Virus record (IMG/VR): IMGVR_UViG_3300038679_000131
Coordinates: 34,839-98,838 of that record
Direction: 5' to 3' (one strand)
Length of the DNA: 64,000 nt
Source of the DNA: a virus
Of this stretch, positions 27,525 to 36,511 are shown in pieces. Each line of letters begins with the position of its first letter. Position 1 is the stretch's first letter. Position numbers and translations under genes: made by a program. The notes under the pieces are model-generated. The model was not told the origin of the DNA and made no database searches. It was given only the letters and a program-made list of their open reading frames with translations.

Positions 27525-28433
27525 TTAAGCAGCTTCCTCTTCCACCTCAACAACTCTAACGTATTTCCCAGAAATCTCTCCCAAATCATCCAATGCCACA
27601 GCCTTTTTCATCACTTCATCCGCCAACTTGCTAACCTGCATCTGCAAGTCTTTGTTACCTTTGAAGAAGGCTGCATCTTCTGGGAGAGCATTCTTGAGCT
27701 TATCCAATGCCGCATCAATATCTTTATCACCAAACACATTTAATTCTTTAAACCAGCTATGAATCGACTTCACCGACTCAATACTGGAGTTTTTGATGAC
27801 CTTGCCGTCCGCCAGCTTCTTAGCCAGTGCCTCGACTGTCTGCCCGATTTTCTTCCTGAGCAAGATAACTGACTCTTCCACAAACTGAGCCATCTTTTCA
27901 TTGACTTCCTGTTGAGCCTGATTGTAGGCTTCAATCAGTTCTTCCGAATCAAGCTCAGAAGTATCAGGGCCTTTTACCTCAAAGATAGCCCACCACATAT
28001 CAAACTTCTTACGGAGTTTGGCTCTCTCTGGAATGTCATTTGCCTTGAAAGTATCAGGATAATCTTGCAGCATCTGGATGATGATTTCTTCCCTGCTGTC
28101 GCAAAATTCCTCAACCAACTCCATATACTGCGCCTTAAACGCATTGAGATTGGTTACGATTTTGTCAATTCTCATTCGAGGAACAGCCCGAACATTGTCA
28201 AGCAAGAAAGGAAGACTATTGCTTTTCAGATAATTTATTGCCTTCCCTTGTATCTTGCTGAACTTTGCCCTCCAGTCTTCAGGATAAAGTTTCCGATGAC
28301 CCAGAACGATGTTTTCCGCCACATCGCTTTCTTCCAAATCTAAATCTTCAGCTTGAAGTTTGGTTTGGCCGGGCCATCTTTTTACCCTGACCTGCATACA
28401 AACAATAGGCAATTTGGTTTTCTCTTCCGGCAT
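27525..28433 (-). CDS. DUF3150-like protein
   Basis: W.GQTKL..EDL...LGHRKLYP pattern, coiled-coil C-terminus, position upstream of the Ycf46-like AAA. Confidence 0.55.
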   Translation of the reverse strand: MPEEKTKLPIVCMQVRVKRWPGQTKLQAEDLDLEESDVAENIVLGHRKLYPEDWRAKFSKIQGKAINYLKSNSLPFLLDNVRAVPRMRIDKIVTNLNAFKAQYMELVEEFCDSREEIIIQMLQDYPDTFKANDIPERAKLRKKFDMWWAIFEVKGPDTSELDSEELIEAYNQAQQEVNEKMAQFVEESVILLRKKIGQTVEALAKKLADGKVIKNSSIESVKSIHSWFKELNVFGDKDIDAALDKLKNALPEDAAFFKGNKDLQMQVSKLADEVMKKAVALDDLGEISGKYVRVVEVEEEAA

Positions 28434-28467
28434 AGTGATCCTCCTTTTTTGGTTGTAGAACCCTTGT

Positions 28468-29326
28468 TTAGGATTTTTTGGTGTACTTGTCCTTTACTGT
28501 ATCCAGAACAAACTCATGTTCACCAACACATTCAAAAACCCAAATGTTGTAAGGTTTATTGTCTGGATCAAAATCTCCAGACTCAAAACCTCCAGCAAGG
28601 GCTTCTTCTGGGGAAGCATATTCCCCCACTTCAAGCCACTTGTCATGTGAATCCACCACTACATACTTTGGCATACTTCCTCCTTATCCTTGAAAGTTGT
28701 AAACCCTGCCAAACTCACCAGAATCAAGAGTAATCTGGGCTTGTTCCTGAGTTGCATAGTACCCAGATTCTCTGCTGTAAGGCCCACAATGACAATAAGT
28801 CCCGACATACCATCCGCCACCACTACGATAAACTCCAAGCTTCGGGGTTTTGCCGCAGTCGGAGCACGTTGGTGCTGCTCCAGTTGCCAATGTTTCTCCA
28901 ATTCCTGCCATACTAATCCTCCTTCCATCCAAAATACACTCTGGGAGAGTGTTTAAACATCAAACTTCCTTTCTTTCCAGTAGCCCTGTTTCTGACTATG
29001 ACAAACGGAGCTAAGAAGCCCAATACTTCAAACTCCTTAGTTAATTCATCAGTAGTCCATTCATGACCCTCTGGGGGAATAACTCCAGAGTTGATTGCAT
29101 GAACTAATTCTCTACGAATTCCTTCAGTTGGATCAGTCATTTCAATCCTCCTCACATTTACAAAATTTAAGTAGTTTTGGATTATAACGGGTAAAGATTC
29201 CGTCTGTGTTCAGACGGCCGCAAAAGCAGCAGGTTTCTGCTATCATGGTTAGAATCTTGCAAGGTTCTCTGTCGGCGTGCTGCTTTCCCCAACATACTGA
29301 GCAGATATTGTGAGTCCATTGAGCCA
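28468..29326 (-). other. Small early hypothetical genes (28468..28674, 28684..~28911, 28913..29140, 29142..~29326)
   Basis: RBS-preceded short ORFs, several Cys-rich. Confidence 0.5.
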
Positions 29327-29511
29327 TTTTCTCTCTCCTTATTTTGTTTGATAAAAGGCAACCAATCAAATCCGAGAACAGTAAAACAACAGCCTGCTCT
29401 CGAACTCTTAGATAGCCTTCTAACGGTGGTAAGAGCTCCATGGCCAGCAGATAATACTCGAGGAGCTATCTGAGTGCTCCTCGAGTATTAGTGAGCTGGA
29501 ATGGAACAATG

Positions 29512-30072
29512 TTAATCTTCCTTGCCGTAAACACCCCTCTTCAACTCAAGCTCCATGTCACCCAAAATGCGCTTGCCACGGTCGAAGCCATACTCATAGC
29601 TCTTACCCTTTTCTTGATACATGGCAGCTACTTTTTTGATGATTTCTTCCCCAGTTTTGTTCTCCAGGAGCATATCACGAACAGTACCACGATAGCCCTT
29701 GCCAATGACAATCCGAGACTTTTTGCTGACTTTCTGAGCCACATTCACAACAACTTCCGGCCCAATTTGTTCGGTCAGCATCGCATCAAAACCATTGCGA
29801 TTGAAACCGCCAACGGGAATTTCGGCCTGAGTTTCAACAGCCTTTGCGCTTCCGCCATTGCTTTTGTTTTCCTCAACTTCAGCCCCGAGATAGATTTCAT
29901 CCCAGTTAATGCCAGGTTTGGGAGTGAGATCAAGGGCGTTCTTCTTTGTTTCCTCACTCACACCGACGTTCCACTCAATTCCCGCCGGGGCACCAAACAC
30001 TTCCTCAACAACATCCTGAACCGCCACGTTGGTTTCCGCCACTTTGTTAGCTTTTTTACTTTTCTTAGCCAT
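29512..30072 (-). CDS. Early protein whose C-terminal domain is shared with 5583..6344
   Basis: GGGAGG RBS; flanked by long hairpins; see findings. Confidence 0.65.
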   Translation of the reverse strand: MAKKSKKANKVAETNVAVQDVVEEVFGAPAGIEWNVGVSEETKKNALDLTPKPGINWDEIYLGAEVEENKSNGGSAKAVETQAEIPVGGFNRNGFDAMLTEQIGPEVVVNVAQKVSKKSRIVIGKGYRGTVRDMLLENKTGEEIIKKVAAMYQEKGKSYEYGFDRGKRILGDMELELKRGVYGKED

Positions 30073-30887
30073 GTGATCCTCCCTATTGTTGTAATAGACA
30101 GTTATTCACCCAAAGAGTGAATAGGTCTGTTCAAGTATGGGCAAGATTTCTCTTGCCCATAACTTCAGCAGCCTAACTTACACAAGCCTTATGCAGTTCT
30201 TCAACCCTGCGGCGGATGATGGCCTTTGATTTATTTCTCTTGACCATCTTCCAATGAAAGTAGGAAAGAGAAATACAAGTGAAAAACACACCAATTCCAA
30301 AACAAATGCTGATTCCTAAAGCACTCATGCTCCTACCTCCTTTGCGTGAGCATAGCAAGCCTCACAAAGATGAAAGCCCTTAAATAGGTATAACTTGTGC
30401 CTTTCACCTTTCTTTTCAGGTTTGGTGTGACACCTTGTGCATCTACGATGGGTGATTGTGAACTTCACCTCCTTGTCTTTACTCATGATTCCTCCTTTGG
30501 AGTTTAAATTTCTTCTCCCTTTTCATTGCATTCCACTACCTGAGCATAATTACTCACTCCCTCTGGCTGCATAAAATTAACTTGTTCAGCCTCTTGATAT
30601 GCTTCTTGTTTATCCTGAAAAATTTCTTCTTCTTCAGGTTCAATAAGAGTATAAACTTTTACTTTCCAAGGCATTTTCTCCTCCTTTAACTTGCTTTGGC
30701 CTGCAAATAGTTTCTCATAGCCTCTTTGCTCACCCAATTCGTATGAGCAACACCAGAATGAGTAATCAGCCGATACAAGAAGAAAGAACTTTTTCCATCT
30801 TCTTTTACGGTTTGACGTTCATAGCCAAAAACGTGACCTGTCTTTTTAAATACAGCCACTAACTCTGGTTCAAATTCATTTTTCTTT

Positions 30888-31412
30888 TCAGCCATTGTCT
30901 TCCTCCAATGGTTCCACATCAGACCTATACTCACAAAATAGGTCTGAGATAGCCATCTTCCTAATAAAATCTACAGATTCTTTTACCCCACCAGAACAGT
31001 TGGAAGTATCAAGTCTGGTTACATGACAAATTAATTGGGAAACTATCCTGTCATCTGCTTTTGCATTAAAACTGCCACAATGGAGTGGCCAGCAAGAAAA
31101 ATCAAAATTGGCCCCGTGCAAATTGGCCTCTCGCAAATTGGCCTCTCGCAAATCGGCCCATCTCAAATTGGCCTCTCGCAAATCGGCCCCGTGCAAATTG
31201 GCCTCTCGCAAATTGGCCCCGTGCAAATTGGCCTCTCGCAAATCGGCCCATCTCAAATTGGCCCCGTGCAAATTGGCCTCTCGCAAATCGGCCCATCTCA
31301 AATTGGCCTCTCGCAAATTGGCCCCGTGCAAATTGGCCTTTTGTCCTTTACTACTGTCATTCAACCATTTTTTATGTTCTTTTAAAATTTTAGCCGATTC
31401 TTTTTTATCCAT
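30888..31412 (-). CDS. Pentapeptide-repeat protein
   Basis: A(N/D)L(R/H)(E/G/W) repeats, about 15 units. Confidence 0.92.
   Translation of the reverse strand: MDKKESAKILKEHKKWLNDSSKGQKANLHGANLREANLRWADLREANLHGANLRWADLREANLHGANLREANLHGADLREANLRWADLREANLREANLHGANFDFSCWPLHCGSFNAKADDRIVSQLICHVTRLDTSNCSGGVKESVDFIRKMAISDLFCEYRSDVEPLEEDNG
31106..31338. repeat. 15-nt tandem repeats encoding the pentapeptides
   Basis: Units aattggcctctcgca, aattggccccgtgca and aatcggcccatctca. Confidence 0.9.
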
Positions 31413-32479
31413 TAGATATACTCCTTTCTTGAATTTTGGCCTCTCTTAATAGCCTTCTCTCCTTCTGTTCCGCCTTCTCTGTTTTTCGATTCAACCGCCG
31501 TTGCAATGCTTCCAGGTTTGCCTTGATGCGCTTGTACTCCTTTCGTTCTTGCTTTGTTAGTTCCATGTTATCACTCCTTTTTAAGTTTCAATTCGAGTGA
31601 TGGTGAAAACCTCCCACCATTTTTTATTGCAAAAACCACAAATCCATTGTCTACGGACTTCTCCGATATTCAAACCTTCATCTTCTTCAACACCAGTTCC
31701 ACCGATGTGCCCAGAATCACAAAAAGGACAAGTGAGACTATCTGTGTAAGATTCATGATTAAGATAGTGATCCGTCCAATTGTCAGACATTTCCTCTGTA
31801 ATTTCTTCCATGTTGTTTCTCCTTTTTAAGCAAAAAATGCACCTGATATTGTTTGTTCTTGTGCTTCTCTTTCCTTACCAAAAGAATTTCTGTATTTCAG
31901 AGACAGGACAAGATGTTGGGAATGTCCAACATCTTCAACAATATCCGAATCAACTTCATGAACAGCCAACACTTTGAAAGGCCCATGACCATTCACTTCA
32001 AGACCAATTTCATCAAAGAGTGTTTTGTATTCTTTGTTGACGTAAACCTCATCTCCAACCATGAACCTTTGTTTGTCCAGGCATTCTTGATAAGTTTCCA
32101 TTTCTTCTTCTCCTTTTAGTTTAGGTTACTTCCATAAGAGCAGGAACAAACATCATTCCTGCTCTTAAAGCTGTAACCTGCCTTTTGTCTATCGGCAGTA
32201 AAGGATTTTGTAATCGGGCTTGCGCTGAATGGTGATATGTTTCTTGCTCACATACACCCACACAAATGGCAACCAGTTAATCCACATAATTAATTCTCCT
32301 TTTTATTTTTTGAAGATGAAATTAGCCTTTGCATCCGCCTGTTCCAGTTCCGCATTAATTTTGTCATTAGACCATCCTTCTGTCCTCAAGCAAGACATCA
32401 GCCAGCCAATCTTAAAGTCAGCTATCGCCTTGTCTCGACTGGCCTTTTCCAATTCTTTCACCCAAAAATCACTCATGAT

Positions 32480-33085
32480 CCTCTCTCCCTTTTATTTTAG
32501 TAGGCAGCAAACAAGAAAGCAGACAATACCGCCAGCATCTTCCGCCAGCAACATTGTCTGCTTGTATTGTTCATCCTACTTAGTAGTAGGGTTAGTTGTT
32601 TTTGGGAGGCTCACTAACGCTCTCTCAACTCATGCGCCGCAGCAACATAAGGCAGCCTATCAGGCATCTCCACAATGCTTGTCTTCCTCTTTCAGTCTCC
32701 CTACTCAGCAACTCAAATCGAACCAGAGTTCCTTTCAGTCAATTTCCCTAAAGCTGCATGAGCCTTTCACTTACATTTCTCCCATGTTGTTCAGCTTTAG
32801 CAGATTCTAAGACCTAATTAAGGTTCACCCGAGGCGAAGTTCGTACAAAACTTCTACGACTCTTTCCCAAGCACCGTTTTTCTGGCCTTGAATCAGCAAC
32901 CCAGCTACTCCTACTCAGCACAACCCTTTCGTTTCACTAGGTCTTAGACAATCAGGACTGGAAATCCCTACTTGTCTAATGTTTTTCGCTTTTAAATGAG
33001 TCCTTTCAAGCTGTCCCATTCCACAGCTTCTACTTGTACTCTGGAGTACGATAACTCCCTCTGTGTCAGATTGTCAAAGAACTCA
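32480..33085 (-). ncRNA. Long structured non-coding leader of the early operon, with boxA
   Basis: Several stems, no RBS-led minus-strand ORF, boxA-like GTTCTTTGACAATCTGA at 33066-33082. Confidence 0.45.
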
Positions 33086-33461
33086 TGTGTTCCAGCTATC
33101 AGAATTGCTGGATGACTCTAACGAGTCCTGTTGTTAGCAGTGGTATAAGCACACTTGCCATGTCTACCCCTTGGACGATATGGTTTGATCTTCTCTGGGA
33201 CAGTCTGAACACAAACTTTAAATGTTTTCCAGTATCCCTTTGTGTCTATCCCACATCCAAGAAGCTCACGATCAACGCCTTCTTTACACTTCTCACATAG
33301 AAATCGGGAGAAGTCTAAAGAACGGAATTGATTTTTATTGGTTTTGAATTTTGAGCCACAAGAGTCGCACTTACTTACATCATCTATGGCTCTTTTGGGA
33401 TGGATGAATTTGATTACTTTCATTTGGGAAGTGGCCTTGTTTCGTTCGTTTTTTTAGCTTA

Positions 33462-33491
33462 ATTATATCATGCTGTCCTAGGACAAGACAA
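33462..33491 (-). promoter_or_regulatory. Strong early sigma70 promoter
   Basis: TTGTCT-18-TATAAT with extended -10 (TGaTATAAT). Confidence 0.7.
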
Positions 33492-33623
33492 TGATAATTT
33501 CTCTTTCCTATCAGTTTCCAGGATGAATAGGTTTTGTATTAGTTTTGGATTAATGTTTTTGTTCAAATGTTTTCTCTTTGATTGGTTTGGATTGTTTGTG
33601 GTTTGATTTTTCATTTTATTTTC

Positions 33624-33652
33624 ATTATATCATAAACAGTAGGGAAAGACAA
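33624..33652 (-). promoter_or_regulatory. Strong early sigma70 promoter (tandem copy)
   Basis: TTGTCT-17-TATAAT with extended -10 (TGaTATAAT). Confidence 0.7.
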
Positions 33653-34048
33653 GTGAAATATTAGTACCCATATAGCTTTCCAGGTCATCTTGGATATAGT
33701 TTTGTCCTTTTCAAGAGTTAGTAGAAGCGAACGGGTTTGTTTTTCTTATAATGGAAAAGGTTTTGTGCTAAGGTAGAGGAGTGTCCTGGCTTAGGGCAAA
33801 ATATAGAGAAAGGGAGAGTAATGGATTTTTAATAGATTTCTGTGCTTTTACCCTTGGATTTCTTGCTTTCTACCCTACCGCGGTGACCCCTCCTCCAATA
33901 TAGATTTTTTTCATAATCCTTGGTCATTTTTTCATAGGGCTGGACAACCGCCAATGCTTTTGTTTATATGATCCGCCATCTCCAACCGCCAGCTCGATAA
34001 TCCAACCTTCCATCCATCCAGCCAATGACTGTTCTCCAACCGGATGGG

Positions 34049-34330
34049 CTATGGAACATAGCCATATTCTCCTTCTGGTTCTTCTGAAGGTCTTGAATTA
34101 TTAAGAAGGTCTTTAATTATATCAAGTTTAGCAAGCACCCTTGTCTCAAAACCTTTTAATGGGTCCTGTATTGCATCAAGAGATGTAGTTACGTTTACGT
34201 TACGTCCCGTATCCAATATAAGTTTCTCCATCTGGCGACTTCTGGATATCTCTTTCTCCTTAGCTTGTTTACGGAGTTCTATTAAAGCTTCCTGTGAAAG
34301 ATACATAGTAACCCTCTTCTTGCTGTCCAT
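34049..34330 (-). CDS. Ribbon-helix-helix (CopG/Arc-like) regulator
   Basis: KKRVTMYLSQEALIELRKQAKEKEISRSRQMEKLI. Confidence 0.75.
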   Translation of the reverse strand: MDSKKRVTMYLSQEALIELRKQAKEKEISRSRQMEKLILDTGRNVNVTTSLDAIQDPLKGFETRVLAKLDIIKDLLNNSRPSEEPEGEYGYVP

Positions 34331-34350
34331 TTAGTCTTTCTCCTTTAACT

Positions 34351-34704
34351 ATACGTTAGTGATACGTTAACGTATATCCACAAGTTATTTTTCTCTATCC
34401 TTTTCAACAAGGGATTTAATTAAATCAATTATTGTTTCCCTATGCTCAATTAAAGATTCATCAATTCTCCACTCCATATTTCGTATCTCTCCTTTGATAG
34501 ATTCTATCACTCCTTCTTTTCTTAAAAGTCTTGATACTACCAATTCTCTAGGTAAGGACATTCTTTTTGCAAGCCTGTTTAATCTCCAAATGTCATCTGG
34601 ATGGTTAATAACTATTGTAACTTCTTTTTCTTCTTCCACTTTTCTTATAAGCCTTGTCATAACTTTATCTCCTTTCTTTATACGTTAACGTATCACTAAC
34701 GTAT
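34351..34704. repeat. 26-bp inverted repeat pair (34351-34376 and 34679-34704) flanking 34385..34660
   Basis: ATACGTTAGTGATACGTTAACGTATA and TATACGTTAACGTATCACTAACGTAT. Confidence 0.85.
34385..34660 (-). CDS. Second RHH-like DNA-binding protein
   Basis: EVTIVI...IWRLNRLAKRMSLPRELVVSRLL. Confidence 0.5.
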   Translation of the reverse strand: MTRLIRKVEEEKEVTIVINHPDDIWRLNRLAKRMSLPRELVVSRLLRKEGVIESIKGEIRNMEWRIDESLIEHRETIIDLIKSLVEKDREK

Positions 34705-34901
34705 TGTCAACCAAAAAAATTAATTATTCATCCGCCACTTGAATAACCGCCACTGATATAGTCCTTCCAGTAACTCAGCCCTAGCCGAGCCGTCCATCCG
34801 GGTGGCTCGTGTTACTACCTTCACCAACAGGAACTGGTTTTTGCTCTTATCCTACAAGTCCTGGATAATTTCATATCTCTCCTGGAATCGTATAGGAGCT
34901 A

Positions 34902-34931
34902 TTGCAATATCCAAGGGTAATATGATATAAT
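34902..34931 (+). promoter_or_regulatory. Rightward sigma70 promoter
   Basis: TTGCAA-18-TATAAT with extended -10 (TGaTATAAT). Confidence 0.6.
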
Positions 34932-34949
34932 AATAAGAAAAAAGAGAGA

Positions 34950-35440
34950 GTGAGACCAATGAAAATGAATCAAACGACCAGATGTCCAGAGTGTGAAGAA
35001 CCTGAGTTCATGTGTGAGTGTGCAAAGAACTTTCAGGGCAAAGTAGTTGAATTGGTTTATCACAGAGGGTTGACAATTGACGGAAAGGAACTGCATCGTC
35101 AATTGTTTACTCTGAGCCTGCGTCCGACTATCATCATCGGTCGCAAGGCATTCAGCTTAAAGTCACCAGACAGACACTTTGGTGACAATTGCTTGCAGGG
35201 GGTGAGATAATGGATCAGGAACATTACGAAACAGCTATTAAGTTCTTGAATGGGGCTTTGTCAATGCTCCAGAACGCTCACGATGAGGTTGTTGAGTTTG
35301 CAGTTACAGGTCTTGAACGACAGCTGGCTTTACAAATCAGGGAACAGTTCCTGAATGTGAACAGGCTGAATAACAAGGTTATTAATCATCAACGGGTGCT
35401 TCTCTTTGCCTCACAGGGTGACGCTCTGAGAGCTCCGTAG
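34950..35440 (+). other. Two small hypothetical genes (34950..35210 Cys-rich; ~35210..35440)
   Basis: Downstream of promoter 34902; TAATG coupling between them. Confidence 0.5.
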
Positions 35441-35510
35441 CCAGCAGATAATTGGTTAAGTAGTAGTTTTGCACTCGGTTCAGATTTGGTTCTTTTTCTC
35501 CAAGAGGAAT

Positions 35511-35708
35511 CCGCCACTTCAATCGAACCGCCACCCCAATAATCCATCCAACCGCCAGTCCTTCCAAGTAGCAGGTTATTTAACCTTCCTTCCGGGTGGG
35601 AACCGCCACCTCCTTTTAACCGCCAGGTCTTTAATCCGCCCTTCCGCCGCCACCCTTCCTAACCGCCGCCGCCACCACCCTACCAATAGGGCGTCCCGCC
35701 CGGGTGGG
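35511..35708 (+). repeat. Cluster of co-oriented CCGCC motifs
   Basis: About 12 CCGCC copies (counting overlaps) in 200 bp, all on the plus strand. Confidence 0.8.
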
Positions 35709-35722
35709 TATTCAGACATTTG

Positions 35723-35752
35723 AATATACGAATATTATAATATTCGTATATT
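35723..35752. repeat. Perfect 30-bp palindrome, followed by a 21-bp inverted repeat (35767-35787 and 35823-35843)
   Basis: AATATACGAATATTA|TAATATTCGTATATT. Confidence 0.9.
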
Positions 35753-36158
35753 TAGATATTCTAATATATACTGATTTAATATATAATCGCTTAATATATA
35801 TTAGAATAGTATAGATTATAGAATTATATATTAAATCAGTATAGAATAAAATATATTTTCATAGTAGAAAAGATAATATATTTTATTATAAAGTTTACAT
35901 GATAATGTATAGTTGTAAATACATAATTGTAAACTGCATATTATATGCCATATTGCAATTATGGAAATATTTATTTTTCGATAAAGACATACAATCATAA
36001 GCGATTTACCTCAAAATTGCTTAAACGTGCTCATATGAGCGTACAAGCAATTTCTCTATTTTACCACTATATTTTGATAGTTTACTGTCAATTTTATTCT
36101 TAATAATAGTTTATTATTTATTTTCACTTTCTATAGTTTTGGCACGAAAAAAGCACTA

Positions 36159-36187
36159 TTGACAGCTATATTTTATATTTCTATAAT
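36159..36187 (+). promoter_or_regulatory. Perfect-consensus sigma70 promoter
   Basis: TTGACA-17 nt-TATAAT. Confidence 0.85.
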
Positions 36188-36257
36188 CAGATATACTTTA
36201 GATTATCAGATTATCAGTTGATAACATGAGATGTTAATCAGCATATCTGATAACGAT

Positions 36258-36275
36258 TGTTCTTTGATAACTGAA
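36258..36275 (+). promoter_or_regulatory. boxA-like antitermination element
   Basis: TGTTCTTTGATAACTGAA closely resembles rRNA-leader boxA (GTTCTTTGAAAACTGAA type). Confidence 0.55.
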
Positions 36276-36387
36276 TAAATTTGCAGCTTGCACAAGATAT
36301 GCAGTTGATAGCTGATAGCTTGCACAAGATGAGCAAATCAGGCAAGTGAAAAGAGCACTTGCACAAATCAGGCAAATTTGCCTTAGT

Positions 36388-36413
36388 AAGCGTGTTATGA
36401 GCACGCTTTTTTT
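36388..36413 (+). terminator. Rho-independent terminator
   Basis: AAGCGTGTT-ATG-AGCACGCTT followed by a T tract. Confidence 0.75.
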
Positions 36414-36511
36414 GTGTCTGAAATATCTCATGCTTTAATCATTAGATGAGCGTGAGCGTGTTCTGATAGCTCTATAGAGCACGTTAAAATCTATACATCT
36501 GAGGTAAAATC

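Larger units (their letters stand above)
30173..32476 (-). other. First genes of the early operon: small hypotheticals (30173..30328, 30504..30674, 30686..~30895, 31581..31811, 31826..32101, 32303..32476)
   Basis: Each has an AGGAG-type RBS; 32303..32476 (MSDFWVKELE...) read manually. Confidence 0.5.

Noticed and set aside
19531-29520. Many early proteins end in EEI*, KED* or EED*
   Set aside because: Mostly explained by the next gene's AGGAGG RBS overlapping the last codons, so not a protein motif.
31035-31449. Several overlapping repeat ORFs (QIGLS, ANWPL, GQFAR, KLASR)
   Set aside because: Shadow frames of the 15-nt pentapeptide repeat.
32229-32810. 193-aa plus-strand ORF
   Set aside because: Opposes the early operon, overlaps an RBS-led minus-strand gene and the structured leader, and has no motif.
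35723-35752. Palindrome as a protelomerase (telRL) site
   Set aside because: No protelomerase gene is visible in the window and resemblance to known tel cores is slight. Kept only as a generic terminus or origin candidate.
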